A stretch of DNA of 64,000 nt from Nemertoderma westbladi (GCA_032718475.1 JAUCBJ010003667.1:1-64000); one strand, 5' to 3'. Numbered from the stretch's first letter, positions 1 to 12,954 are shown. A program made the numbers and translations. The notes: generated by a model from the letters alone, not told the origin.

Positions 1-1355
1 CTTCACACTACTGCGCACTGATCTGCCGACCGTCACTGAATTTGATCATATATAAGGAGGATCGCAACTGACACATGTAGGGATTATGAAATAGCATTTA
101 ATTCACACAAAAACCACTATAATGTAAGTTGCAGTTGCTACCGGTAAACCTGTTCCTCTAACCTTTAGTAATCAAAGAGATTGAGGGTTTTATGATTATT
201 CATCGGTATTCTCCAAATATATCAGCAATATATACCAACATAACACAGTAACACCAATTAATAACAGAATCAAATAATGCGGTGAACAGTCAGTATGTGT
301 AGTTGAATCGTGTTGCGTGATGCCGCGATGTGGCGGTGTGCTGCGTGTTAATAGTTTTACGTTCCTTTGATCAAAGCCATCTGATGTTTCTGAGGTTTAG
401 GTCAAAGTCTGTGTGACGGGATCCAGGAAGGATCCCGGTTTATCCGGTTGTTTAGTTCACGCGTCCCCGCCGTGTGTATGAAAGGTAAAAGGAGTTTGTG
501 TCGTTCGTCGTATATAATAACTGATATAGATATAGGGTATATAGATATAGGTATATGGATAATGTTGTCGTATACAGAAGGCGGGATACGGTAATTAAAA
601 GTCCCGGTCCTTCCCTAGCTAAACTAACAACCTAACTAGCACCAATATGACACTGAGATACTGAACTGAAATGATTACTGCCAACTGGCTATATTGCACG
701 GTTGGCCTTGTTACTCTACCTAATCGATGCCTTTCCCCCCTCTGATTGGTTGATACCCTTGTTGGCGCCCTTTGGAGTGTTTCCGTTCACTCCACCTGTT
801 CTCTCTGGGTTAGGGGTTTGGCCCCTGACCCTCATTGTGTTTCTCCTTCCCATTTTGTTTGGGTGACACGAGTTGGTGATTACCCAATCTCGTGGCCCCC
901 AATATTGTTTATCGGCTTAACTTTATGGGGTGTTAGCGGGATTGAATAAGCTAACAGTCTGAAACTTCCACAGAAGTACAGAAGAATCCTAAGCCGGTGT
1001 TCTGGGCTTAGAAAGATACACACTGACTGAATTGCGTGAGTTTCTGCAGGCGCTGTCCAACACAAAGCGAAAATCGCTCTGATTGGCTGAGCCGAACAAA
1101 GAACAAAGAAAAGCTCCACGTCGACATATCAGCTGATAGATGTCGTCATCTGAACTACACTGTATTATGAGTATTTTGGCATATTGCGGCATAAAAATGG
1201 CTTGTTATTTCCGCTAAAGTACACATACAGAAAAATGGCTTTTTTTGTCCACTAAAACACCTACACAGTAAGAAAATTGCTTTTTATGTCCGTTAAAACA
1301 CCTAAAGAGTACTTTGCGGGGAAAATGACTAGTTATATCCGCAAAAGCCTTTATA
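1..1355 (-). repeat. 3' LTR of Bel/Pao element 1 (partial, interrupted by a solo LTR)
   Basis: Matches 11749-12559; PPT-like tract adjacent at 1356-1363. Confidence 0.9.
412..956. mobile_element. Solo LTR (545 bp) inserted in the LTR of element 1
   Basis: TGTGA...TAACA termini and a 5-bp TSD GTCTG (407-411, 957-961). Absent from the sister LTR at ~12161. Shares motifs with the LTR at 27226-27834. Confidence 0.9.
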
Positions 1356-1433
1356 CCGCTCCCAGAAAATGGTATTTAATTCTATAAAATATAAAAAATC
1401 ACAGTTTCTAAAATATAAAAATACTCTAAACAG

Positions 1434-2990
1434 TTAGTCCTTCTTACGCGAACGGCGTTTACGCAGTTTTTTGAGGCTAGCAAGAGTCCTTTTCTCTTTG
1501 GGGCGAGCCACTTTACTAGGAGGGCTATAACTCCTGGGTGAAGGGTGCAATACAATTGCATCGGAAGGTTTAGGATGACGGTCGGTGTATCTGCCGGTCG
1601 AGGTACTCAGTTGGTCGGTATCAACCTCAGTGGAACGAGGTCGAACAACCTTCAGAGCGCGTTTCAAGACACCAGCTCTTACTGGTCCCTGACGATTCGT
1701 TTGCACAAGAGCGGTAGGTGGACCAGGTGTAGTGAGAAATTTCCTCGGTTTGATGGTTCTTTCCGACTCGAGTTCTCGGGCTCTGTCGAAATCGATATGC
1801 TTCTCCTCGAGCTGATTTTCCTCCGCTTGTCGTTGGAAGCATTCGTCTAAAACTCGTTTAGAGAGTAGGGTCGTCCAAGTTCGATATCTTCTTAGAGATT
1901 CTGGATTTCCCGATCGAACTGATATAAAGCTAATTCGTTTACCACTTGGACTTGTTGCTGCAATTTACGTTTTTCTAAGCAATCGTAGGTTCCTTTTCCC
2001 ATCTTTTATAGAATAGTGTCTAACGCGTGCGTACAATTTTCTCCTCCACTTCGGTGACAGATTATATCGGGTTAAACAGGGACGATTATACGGTTGAATG
2101 GCGATATTAGGTGTCCGCGTCCCAATCCGGCTAGATAAGATGGGCGAATATCTAGGGAGCGCACAACCGGAGTGCCACCGACTAATTTTTTCGGGTAACA
2201 CTAGATCTTTGAACAGTGAGTGCAGTTCAGGAGGATCCGTCATACTATTAGGATCAAGAGTCTGAGGTCTCACCAGGGAATGAGGAGGTCTGACCGAGTA
2301 TTCCGGAACTCCGATCATGGGTTTATTTAAGGATCGTTTGAGTCGAGTGAGCGTAGGTGATACATCGAACAAGTTTCGCTCGAAACTCCCATAAATATAG
2401 CGAGTAAAACTGTGTTTAGCGCAACGTCTCTGCGGATGTTTGTCTTTCCGTTTGTTGGTTGGGTCTAGGGCATTCATCGTAATAATACCAAAGACGCACG
2501 TCTTGTAGGGGAAACGCTGGTGATCTTTCTCCAGTTTTACAACGTCTCTCTCAAGAATTCCAAATATACGTTGAAGTCACTGCGTTTATCCGGTTCTTTA
2601 ACGTCTTCTCTTTCGAGTTGGTTTCGAATAGAATTTTCGTGTTCGATTCTCAGTTTATTGTTCCGACTCCGCTGGGTATGATATTTAAATAGAACCATTT
2701 CCCTTTCGGTGTCTACATCGTCCGTATCGTGTAAATCGATAGGATGACCAGTAGTTAAGAAGTCCATATATGTACCATTATGATGCGTGTAGCGAGCGGT
2801 GAATTTTCTATAGTCCAATTCACGCGTGAGTTGTTCCTTGGACATTGGCGGTTCGATATAAGGCCATCGTCCTCCGTAGTAGTTGGTCTAGCGTCGCCGC
2901 GTATTAAACTATCAACAAAAGCTTGCAGTGGTAGGGTATATCGCTCCCTGATACCAAGATCATCTTCTATCAACTCAGTCATAGCTGCTA
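1434..2990 (-). pseudogene. Decayed 3' accessory ORF of Bel/Pao element 1, unknown product
   Basis: Collinear minus-strand ORF pieces (2755-2982, 2537-2845, 1965-2477, 1434-1706) between an AT-rich spacer and the PPT. Basic C-terminus LKKLRKRRSRKKD. No domain recognised. Confidence 0.5.
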
Positions 2991-3799
2991 TATGAGTTTA
3001 TCGATATTATAATTAATCATAATTAGGCTAGCGGTCGTTGCTGCCTACCCCTCAATGCCCCCGGACAGCGCAAGATCCTCAGCGCTGATGCACTGCCGCC
3101 GCTGGGCTTATCGCCAACATAGTAGCTGCATAACGACAACAACAACCAGCGCGAGTCAACCCACTGTCCGTCCCAAGGGCTAAGATTTACTTCAGGTTCT
3201 TACTGCAGAGTTAGGGCTACTTTCACATTTGTGACTCGCTACTGTAAACACACTTTAGTAGTAACATTCACCTATAAACGCACAAATTCCACACAACTGT
3301 CACAAACCGCACACATTCGGGCCATTTGTCCATTAGTCAAGTGCCTTCCAGAATGCCACGTTATTATTGGGTATCCTTGGATACTAGCAGTGTGCTATTT
3401 ATTCCTTATGCTATTCAATGGGGCAAGCCTTGATTGTTCTTTTAACTCACTTCTAATTCTAGCGTAGTTGTTGCCATGGTGACATTATGGAAAGCTAGCG
3501 TTAGAATTAGGGTAATTCCCATGCATACAGATCTGGGATGCTATTTAATAGTAATTCTTTAATTGTCAATATCTCCCTTATACATGATTTTATGAATTTT
3601 ATCGGCTATTGACTATATATTGGAGATTCTCGCACAATAATACACTTAATAGGGTGAATCTCCGCTCCCATGATCTATTAATTAATGGAATTTTGGGAAT
3701 GTTATAAATTGTATAAAATGACAATTTATCAAATTCATTAAAAGATATGAATTTAAATTTATTCCCGTAAATTTTATTATTTAATATTAAATAGACACA

Positions 3800-4160
3800 A
3801 TTTTATTCCAGAGCATGTCTGGGGACTAGGATCCTGAATTCTAGGAAATTTGTCCTTTTAACAGTATCGGTAAGTGCTACGATATCTTAATCGACTAGAA
3901 TTTTAAAGGATCTAAATTTTAACAGATTTTGATTTATAGATTTTCTAGAGTTAACTTGTAAGTATTTACTCTATTGTATTTGTTTGACAGATTTTATAAA
4001 TATTAATAGTTAATATTTAAGATGGGCACCGGTTTATTCCAGAACATGTCTGGGGACGTTAACCACTGATTCTAGAATTTTGTCTTTCAAGTATATCGGT
4101 GGGTGCCGCGATATCTTAATCGACTAGAATTACAGATGGTCAAAGGGTTTAACAGATTTA
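3800..4160. repeat. Two diverged ~130-bp repeats spaced ~230 bp apart in the element 1 spacer
   Basis: TTTATTCCAGARCATGTCTGGGGAC...GATATCTTAATCGACTAGAATT occurs twice. Confidence 0.8.
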
Positions 4161-4687
4161 TTTTGCATTTTACGCTACTGTTAAAGGGACATCACGCTAC
4201 TATATGTATTATTTAATATACGGTATGAGAGCAATATCGCAAGAAGCAATGTCAGTGAGAAGAGGCAAGTCGTTTCCAAGGTCTACCCAGAGCTTGGTTT
4301 AGCTGAGACACGAGGATCTGAACTTTGCATTCCTAATACTCTACTTACCAATAATACTTGAATATAGTAGGAGCTTTATTGTACTTTAATAAGTACGGAC
4401 ATTTCATCTTACTGTAGTCACGTATTTATAATATGATACGGACAGTAAGGAAAGAGAAAAAGAATTATTTCTCGCCGTTGCACTAAAGATATAATATAAT
4501 ATAAGTAAGTAAATAATAAACACTAATATATATTGCACTAATCTACTAAATAATCGCTAAAATAACATTCTACTAAATAAAATTAAAGAAAACGATTATA
4601 ATAAAATTACATAATAATACATACATAAATATAAAATAATAAAAACAAATATAAAATAATATAGTCACACACCCACTCCAGACGCTG

Positions 4688-5587
4688 TTACGTTGGGGAG
4701 TCCCTAGATGTTTGTTGGATTAGGGAGGTGGTCGTGGGAAGAGTATCTTGCCTTCCATAGTTTCCGGACAGTTCTCGGTCTCTTTCCAGTAAACATAAAC
4801 GACCAACTGGGCGATTGAGTTGTTGTGTTTCGAATACAATTCCAGGTTTCCTCTTCGTCCTGGAATAGTGACGATAGAAACATCGCTTCAAATACACGAC
4901 GGCCTTACAAAGCCGATTCCAGGATCTATAGTGGTCCATCGCTCCCGGCAGGAGAGGTGAGATTCCCTGCGAGACGTCTGGTGTTCCAGATCTCCAGTCT
5001 CTCTCTCTGATCTCCACAACAGATCGGTTCGCGGTGGGGGAGTTTAGATCCACGGCGTCGTCCCTGGAAATGTGTAGTACAGACAGATCTAGCACGGGTT
5101 TAAATAACCTTGATTTACTCGTCCGGGTTTTAGGTTTGACTTTCTCCGCTCCCTTGGCTTGTCTAATCTCAGACGTGGTAAGATGGTGAGGCCATTCATC
5201 TTCTTTACTTAGGAAGTCGGGTCCACCTAACCAGTCTGGAGTATCTGTCAGTTCTTGAGGAGTTGCTCTTCTGGAAGCGATGTCGGCTAGATTAATCGTC
5301 TCGGGGCAATGTCTCCATTGATCTACATTAGAGTTAATATCGTCATTACCTGAGGAGTATGGTGTTCCCTCAGTTGTGGTCGTCTCTCCCTCACTGATGT
5401 CTTCTTCCCATTCACTCTCCTGATGGACCTGATCTTTGGGTAGCCTTTCTAGGAGTGTCCTACAGGAAGGTCCAGTGAGATACCAACCTACTCTTGTTCT
5501 TCCCGCATAGGTTTGCAATGGTTGCGGTTGAGCAGGCCGTTTCTCCAATGTCTCAAGCGCCTCATGCGCATTTTGGCCAATGAGTAT
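4688..5587 (-). pseudogene. Bel/Pao pol remnant: post-protease segment fused to the RNase H C-terminal tail
   Basis: RTRVGWYLTGP is followed ~45 aa later by WRHCPETINLADIASR...WLGGPDFL, the Bel/Pao RNase H tail. No RT YxDD and no integrase DDE. Confidence 0.85.
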
Positions 5588-8332
5588 TTATACTCCAGGG
5601 TAGTCTGTGTTGAATCTAGGTATCTTATGCTGCTGGGTGAAATCGTCCTCATCCCAGTTATAAGGTTCCACTTGGCTGGTAGCGAAGTTCTTTATCGCCA
5701 CCATTTTTACTGACCTTATGCTGTGTTCTCCTAGTTCATCCTGGGGGGTGGACAACGCGCCTACATAATAATCTGTAGTTACTGTAGATTTCCAAACCTG
5801 CATAATTCCTGACATGTTCAACTTAGTTCGGAACTTGGGTTGTCCAGCAAAGATGTCTTCGGCTAGTTCTTTGTCGATGAATGTTCCTGTGCTGCCGGAG
5901 TCAAGGAGGGTGTTCACTATATAGCTCTTTTTTAACCCGTGGACTCTCAACTGCACTATGGGAAATTCCCGGATTCCTACATTGGAAGTTGGCACTTTCC
6001 AAGATGGTTGTCGGTCTGGAATAGTTAGGGGGAGCTCACTATCAGTTTCAGTCTCATATGTAAGTGCTCGACACACTGCGGTGTTTATTAGATAACAGGA
6101 TTCGTTTTCGTCGGAGAATTCATCCGTGTAGAATCCTTCCATCTCAGAACTGCGGTCAGTGTCGTTCACATCACTGAATTGGACATGTAGTTCGGGCTCA
6201 CTTACCTGACTCGTGCGGGTTCTTTCAAATTCTGTGTGCAGCAAGATATGATGTTTCGCGCCACACTTAGCACACCTAGCATCTGAGTAACAGGTCTGCC
6301 GTTGGTGTCCTCGTCTGAGACAATTATAACACAACCGCTTATCCCACATGACATCACGTCTATCCTTTAGGGATTTCTTTAAGAATTCATCACTCCCACT
6401 CAAGCGATGGGGCCCGTCACACAATACACATTTGGGCTTGATGTTACTTACCTTAACCTGTGCTGTGTGGTGCACACTTGTTCTTTCCTCGGGCTTTCTT
6501 CCATGAATTATTTTAGGAGATGTAGGAGAAGTTGTTGTTACCTGTTCTCTCCTGTCACTGGTTCGAGACTTAAATTTACTTACGTCTTTAGGTACTTTGT
6601 TGACATAATAAGATCTTTCGGTGTCTTTCCCGCTGTTCTCCTCGTGGGAGGTTTGGTCTTTGCCGTCGTCTGTATAACACACTGGTGTTACCTTTCCCCT
6701 AGAAACGGAATTTTCACTTACCTCACTTTCAGGAGTCTTCTCTCTAGACTGTTTTAGGAGTTCTAATCTTACCTCTCGGTTTAAGAATGACAGAAGGTCC
6801 GTCATGGTTGGATCTCTATGTTGTTGGTCCATCAAATAGAGAACCTTTTTGTCCCAGCGAGTACCTACTTCACTCTTTGGCAAAGCTGATGCTAAGGCTC
6901 CTACAACCATAGAATTCTGGTATTCATGAGACTTACCCAACCAGTCTAGTTGTCTACAGATCTCCTGAATCTCATCGGAAAACTCTATAATCCCGCTGCT
7001 AAGGAACTTTCGGGGTGCTACCAATTTTGCATACAAATACCTAGCTATGTTTGTCCTATTACCATACCTGATGTTTAGTGTATCCCAAACTTGTCTTAAT
7101 CCATCTGGATGTCCAATAAACTTTAACGCCATTAACTTGGGAGATCCTTCCAAGCACTCGATGAGGAATCTAAGTTTCTCTCCGTTAGATAGCACAGAGT
7201 TCTGTATGTTATCTTTATAATATTCATTAAAAGGTAACCATTTCATCTCATCTCCATTGAACTTGACGATCTCTCCCACCTTTACCGCTTGACAGGCTTC
7301 TGTTCTAGCCATTTGACGCGTAAAACTTTCTTGGGCCATCGTATTATTTAATATCGAGTTATCGGTATATAAATTTCTCGGATTAGGATCAGATCTATAT
7401 GGAATATCATTGTCAACAGGTTTATAATTACCCTTAATAGGGTTTACTATAGGAGTTTCTACTTCACTAGCAGTGTAGATGCGTGTAAGCTCCACACCTT
7501 GCGCATGAAATACTTCAGACCTAACAGGTTGACACATTGTTACAGGGTGTGGTGGTATACCCTTTTGTATATTTACTAATTTATCGCGTTCTAACGCAAT
7601 ATTCTGCTGCACTTCTTGCAACTCTAACCTACTTTCCCTTACTGTTCCCTTGAATTGTTGAACAGTCTCCTGCATCTGCCCGAGCAGGAGATTCATCCCC
7701 CGCCGCCCCTCATCCACCCACTCGACCTCCGAAGCGGGAGCCGCCAACACAGTAGCAGGAAGATGAGGGACAACGGGCGACAAATCGTTGATATTTCGCT
7801 CGGAGTCCAGGACAGGAACTGTCTCAGGGGCTGTTCTGCTGGGCACAGGTAGTTTAGTGCTGTCCAAAGGGAATTTAAAGTTGGGTTCTGGAAGTACAGG
7901 GATCTCTATCACAGAGGGGGTAGCTTCGAGAACAGGCCTAATTATTTCAGGCTCATCTACTATAGTAGGGAGTCTTTCTACTCTAATAATTTGGTCTGTG
8001 GGTTCTGTACTACCTAAGTCTGTGCTAGCTAGTTGCCTTCTCACAGCTGGGGGCAAATCATGCAATTTCTGACGGTGGGGCATTCTTCTACGCCTGCTGG
8101 GACGAGATCTATTTCCTCCGCCTTCAGGATCTGTTGTATCGCCTTCATCCGATGATGTAAAGCCCTGTCGCTTGGGGGTGGATTGACTTATCATCTGCCA
8201 CTGAGTAGCTGTTCTCTGTTTATCTATACGTTTTTTCTTTACTTGTTCTTCTTGGACCCTAGCGATGCGGCTGCTTTCATCAAATTTAGCTTGGTTCGCA
8301 GCTAACATTTCCGCATCTAATGCGTCCAACAC
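5588..8332 (-). CDS. Bel/Pao gag-protease (DUF1759-like capsid region, zinc knuckles, aspartic protease)
   Basis: KFNGDEMKWLPF...EKLRFLIECLEG...WDTLNIRYG; CYNCLRRGHQRQTC and CAKCGAKHHILLH; protease TLLDSGSTGTFI. Confidence 0.9.
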   Translation of the reverse strand: MLDALDAEMLAANQAKFDESSRIARVQEEQVKKKRIDKQRTATQWQMISQSTPKRQGFTSSDEGDTTDPEGGGNRSRPSRRRRMPHRQKLHDLPPAVRRQLASTDLGSTEPTDQIIRVERLPTIVDEPEIIRPVLEATPSVIEIPVLPEPNFKFPLDSTKLPVPSRTAPETVPVLDSERNINDLSPVVPHLPATVLAAPASEVEWVDEGRRGMNLLLGQMQETVQQFKGTVRESRLELQEVQQNIALERDKLVNIQKGIPPHPVTMCQPVRSEVFHAQGVELTRIYTASEVETPIVNPIKGNYKPVDNDIPYRSDPNPRNLYTDNSILNNTMAQESFTRQMARTEACQAVKVGEIVKFNGDEMKWLPFNEYYKDNIQNSVLSNGEKLRFLIECLEGSPKLMALKFIGHPDGLRQVWDTLNIRYGNRTNIARYLYAKLVAPRKFLSSGIIEFSDEIQEICRQLDWLGKSHEYQNSMVVGALASALPKSEVGTRWDKKVLYLMDQQHRDPTMTDLLSFLNREVRLELLKQSREKTPESEVSENSVSRGKVTPVCYTDDGKDQTSHEENSGKDTERSYYVNKVPKDVSKFKSRTSDRREQVTTTSPTSPKIIHGRKPEERTSVHHTAQVKVSNIKPKCVLCDGPHRLSGSDEFLKKSLKDRRDVMWDKRLCYNCLRRGHQRQTCYSDARCAKCGAKHHILLHTEFERTRTSQVSEPELHVQFSDVNDTDRSSEMEGFYTDEFSDENESCYLINTAVCRALTYETETDSELPLTIPDRQPSWKVPTSNVGIREFPIVQLRVHGLKKSYIVNTLLDSGSTGTFIDKELAEDIFAGQPKFRTKLNMSGIMQVWKSTVTTDYYVGALSTPQDELGEHSIRSVKMVAIKNFATSQVEPYNWDEDDFTQQHKIPRFNTDYPGV

Positions 8333-9380
8333 AAACTTGGCTCCTTCACTATTAGGGCGAAGTCCAGCCAGCCGTCTCCGTCTCCTACAAATCGTTGATA
8401 GTCCGACAGATAGATGTCAATAGCGTCCTTCTTCTGAGGTTTCTCTAATGTAACCTCGCTTTCCACCTGAGAAAAGGCAGCGTCTGTTGATTCTCCATGG
8501 GTCGAGCGCTCAGTTAGCTGAATTTTCCACTGGGTCGTTCCTTGAACCTTGAGACTCACCCGTTAGAACCAAGTCTTGACGGCAACTTGCAACGACGTGT
8601 CTTGGGTTCTCTTCGAAGCTTCCTCAAAGGCTGATAGGAGGAGTCTGATTCTTAGGATTCTTACTCGAACTTGATAAAGCAGCTCTCCCTGCTCTTGAGG
8701 TCCTTGGTGTTGTTGAAACAGTTGTTCCTCTAATCACTCCAAAGAGCTGAAGAATCCCTGTACATATCCTGCTGCTGACCTCTTCCATACAGCTGGATCA
8801 CTAGTGTCCTTTGTCACTCCCATCCTGTATAAGTCCTCCCAGGCAGCTTCCGATAAGTTAAACGGGAGTCCGGGTCCGGGAAAGTTCCATTGCGTCTCGA
8901 CAATAGACTTCAGTTCCACCCTTGTGTATCCCGCATAACTGTCCTTGGTCGATCGCTTACTTCTCGCCCAATCGATTTGGTGTTCCTCCACCGCAATCAA
9001 TACCCTAGTGAGTATGGCTGCAGGAAGAATGAGAAGTGGATCCGAATAAACCGCATCTGCCATCCTTGCTCCGCGCTCGGGTGTCAACTCTACAGTATCT
9101 GAACTACTGGAGCTATCGGGCCGCTGAGAAATAAGTTCTCGGCTCGGGTGTTGCTGCTGTTTAACAACTGCTTCTTGGTCCCGCTTGACTTGAGCCCGAG
9201 TGCCTATGATAGACCTACGGTGTTTGACTAGCCTAGGGTCTGATACTACTACTGGAGGGATGACCTTTCTTACAGTAGGAGGTGAGTTGAACTTCGGTCT
9301 CAAATGTTCCGCACTCCTATCTGGATCACAGATGGTTGTATCTAGGAGACTGTCTGACAGGTTTTGCTTTGTGTCAGATA
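8317..9380 (-). pseudogene. N-terminal extension of element 1 gag, broken by stops and a frameshift
   Basis: ORFs 8734-9303 and 8317-8559 share one frame separated by two stops and overlap the start of the gag ORF. Confidence 0.6.
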
Positions 9381-9509
9381 TGTTTGTTTATACAGTTGAA
9401 TGCCTACTGCTAGAACTACAGTTAAAGCAAGTCTAGTAATTCAGTATCAACTATAAGCCTAGTAATTAATTACCGATATCGTTACTCAGTGTAACGTGAT
9501 ATATATACA

Positions 9510-9780
9510 CAATATATTAGAATACCGGTATACACTTATAGTATATATATAAGTATTATTACAGACTAGGTTTGTCACAGAATACCGGTATATAATTTCA
9601 GCACAAATATATATAAATATATAATAAGCCTATCGTGAATACCGGTATACAACTTACACTTATAGTATATAAGTATAATTATAAACTAGAATTAATTACA
9701 GAACACCGGTATATAATTTCAGCTCAAATTTATAGAAATAAATTTAATAAGCCTATTGTAAATACCAGTATGTCAATTAT
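9510..9780. repeat. Degenerate ~60-bp tandem repeat in the 5' leader of element 1
   Basis: About five copies of a GAATACCGGTATA core. Confidence 0.7.
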
Positions 9781-11748
9781 TTTAGAATAATTGAATTTCT
9801 GAATTTTAGGGGTTACTTGGTTACTTTACTTTACTTTATTACCGTTATTTAAGCAGTAGTCCAACTGATATTAAGACCTAATTGATGTATAACAGGCTTA
9901 CTATTTTATAAATCGATTTGAGTTGATTTATAATATATATACCCGTATAATGGGTTTTTGTCAATGTTTGAAATAAATGTTATTATTTCTGGTAAGGAGT
10001 CACTTCACAGAAGCTAAACGCTCTCAGTGGAGTGCTACTTATTGTATTGGACACTAAAACAAATAATTATACTTGCCTAAGTTACTTATTACTACAAATT
10101 ACGTACAATTAAGGGGTGAGATTACAATCTCTAAATAAACACAAAAATTACATGTACGAATTTTTAGGGTTAATTTTACAGGGAATCTACAAACCAGCCT
10201 AACAAGGAGTTAGAATATCTGGTTATTACAAATGGACAAGATACTACAGTATTTGAAAATAATAAAGCAGTAGTAAATATATTGCGTTGTCTAGATAGGA
10301 AAATACCACCGTCTGACGACTTATAGCCATAGCGCTATAAGTACTACGTTATGTACCCGGAGTGTTCCTACCTAGAAGTTAATTACCGCAGCCTACTATA
10401 GCTAACGTGCCTATTAACCACTTTACAACACAAATATACTGCCTACACACTAATTACCTTTGGAAAGCACTGTACACTAAACCCTAAATTAGGTACAAGT
10501 ACTTATACAACAAATAACCAGCAGTTAAAAATACTTGTACAGCTAAGAGAACCACGGTATCTGCCGGAGTGACCAGAGCATAAAATCACCAGTCTTTACC
10601 TACGCCAAACAGTCCTGATGTAGTACCGGGGTTAATTTAACTATAACGGTATGCATAACAAGCACAATTACTCTAGGAATAAACTTGGGGGTATGTATGT
10701 TGCGAATAATCGCATAAACTCTGAATAATAAATATTACGCTACCCATACAGACTACACAAACAAAATACAAACCAAACGCTGGCAGACTACTATCAAGCC
10801 TAAATAAACTACAGTATATGCAGACTCCGAAATGGTTAGTTAGTATGCGTTCTAACCGAGTAGTACGACTTATTCTTTCGGGGGGGATTTACCTTACAGC
10901 ACTGGATGCCCCCACGTTCCTAACTAGTACTTTATTGGACATACACTCTACACACACTGCAATCTCTTCAGACCTAACAACAGCCAGACAACAATCCAGC
11001 CTACAAATTATTTATACAATCTGAGCAGGCTTACACGCCTTCTGCTCAATATTAACTTACAAATAAATAAAACTGACAGAAATAAGTAAAATCCCAATAA
11101 AAATCAGGCATCCCCGATTAAATATCAATACCTACCGGTATATAATTATAAAAATCGAATAATACTGCTGTACCTGTAAGTACCGGTTCGGGCAGTTGGG
11201 CAGTTAGGCCTACAGCTTACCGTTCTACCGGTACCTTCGAATTTATTGCCTACGTGCAATAAAGAATCTAAAAATCTATTATTGTTCTTACCAGAACAAT
11301 AGACAAAATATTTATTGCCTACGCTGCAATCAGGAGTTAAAACTATTAATGTTCGCGCTTTAAGACCTTTAGCAGTTTAACCTGCTAATTTTAATTGTCT
11401 TTTTGTATTTGTATATCAATTATTTAATGTACTGAAGGTACATCAGCCGAAGCCAGCCTGTGCGCGACCATTCACCCACAGTTAAGGGAGACTGGATTCG
11501 GATGCTTTGATAGTGATTGCAGTGTAGACCTACTGTATTATTTGATTGATCGTTAATATATAATCTCTAATAATATTATTCACTTTTGGGGAAATATTAA
11601 CAGTTCCTTTAGGACGTGGCGCTTTAAGTATAAAAAAGAGTTATGACTTATACTCATCACAACTGGATGGCTACTGAGTTTCGTAAAAAGCGCATTCTTT
11701 AGGAGATGCTTTATTAACCTTCACACTACTTCACACGACTTCACACTA

Positions 11749-12559
11749 GTTCACACTACTGCGCACTGATCTGCCGACCGTCACTGAATTTGATCATATA
11801 TAAGGAGGATCGCAACTGACACATGTAGGCGTAGGGATTATGAAATAGCATTCAATTCACACAAAAACCACTATAATGTAAGTCGCAGTTGCTACCGGTA
11901 AACCTGTTCCTCTAACCTTTAGTAATCAAAGAGATTGAGGGTTTTATGATTATTCATCGGTATTCTCCAAATATATCAGCAATATATACCAACATAACAC
12001 AGTAACACCAATTAATAACAGAATCAAATAATGCGGTGAACAGTCAGTATGTGTAGTTGAATCGCGTTGCGTGATGCCACGATGTGGCGGTGTGCTGCGT
12101 GTTAATAGTTTTACGTTCCTTTGATCAAAGCCATCTGATGTTTCTGAGGTTTAGGTCAAAGTCTGAAACTTCCACAGAAGTACAGAAGAATCCTAAGCCG
12201 GTGTTCTGGGCTTAGAAAGATACACACTGACTGAATTGCGTGAGTTTCTGCAGGCACTGTCCAACACAAAGCGAAAATCGCTCTGATTGGCTGAGCCGAA
12301 CAAAGAACAAAGAAAAGCTCCACGTCGACATATCAGCTGATAGATGTCGTCATCTGAACTACACTGTATTAAGAGTATTTTGGCGTATTGCGGCATAAAA
12401 ATGGCTTGTTATGTCCGCTAAAGTACACATACAGAAAAATGGCTTTTTATGTCCACTAAAACACCTACACAGTAAGAAAACGGCTTTTTATGTCCGTTAA
12501 AACACCTAAAGAGTACTTTGCGGGGAAAATGACTAGTTATATCCGCAAAAGCCTTTACA
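11749..12559 (-). repeat. 5' LTR of Bel/Pao element 1 (true left boundary lies further left, unresolved)
   Basis: Matches 1-1355 and ends ...GCCTTTACA; minus-strand AATAAA near 11712. Confidence 0.9.
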
Positions 12560-12950
12560 GTAGTAGTATATGGGATTTATTTTCGGATATGTGCAATAGA
12601 ATTTTTACAGCTTGGAACATCAATGTTAGGCTCATTTTTGGTTTACCCTTTAATTCACATCGTTATTTAGTTGATAATTTATTAAAATTTAGGCATCCTA
12701 TGATAATGTTACTATCTCGTTATTTTCAATTTATTAGTAACTTGTTTAAATCCTGTAAACCTAGTTTACTTTTCTTAACTGAGTTATGTGATTCAGACTG
12801 TGAAACATGTAGAGGTTCTAATTTAAGGAACATGGCTAATTCTTGTGGTATCTCGTGCTTAAATAATCTTTCACTCAGTATAATAAATTCAAAGATAAAT
12901 AATCAAAGTTACACACCGTTTTTACCTGGTAATAAATGGAAACTCGATTT
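12560..12950 (+). mobile_element. Non-LTR retrotransposon ORF2 C-terminal fragment
   Basis: SSIWDLFS...FTAWNINVRLIFGLPFNSHRYL resembles the post-RT region of LINE ORF2. Confidence 0.65.
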
Positions 12951-12954
12951 TTGC

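Larger units (their letters stand above)
1..12559 (-). mobile_element. Bel/Pao LTR retrotransposon 1, non-autonomous (RT and integrase core absent); left end runs off the window
   Basis: Near-identical direct repeats at 1-1355 (excluding the 412-956 insertion) and 11749-12559. Minus-strand LTR starts are TGTAAAGGC and TATAAAGGC. A PPT-like GGGAGCGG lies at 1356-1363. Internal Bel/Pao gag, protease and RNase H tail motifs are present. Confidence 0.9.

Noticed and set aside
989-1192. Duplicated 67-aa ORF (also 12193-12396)
   Set aside because: Duplicated only because it lies in the LTRs; no coding evidence.
11445-11470. PBS of Bel/Pao element 1 (TGGTCGCGCACAGG on the minus strand)
   Set aside because: No adjacent LTR CA end and no tRNA match that I could recognise.
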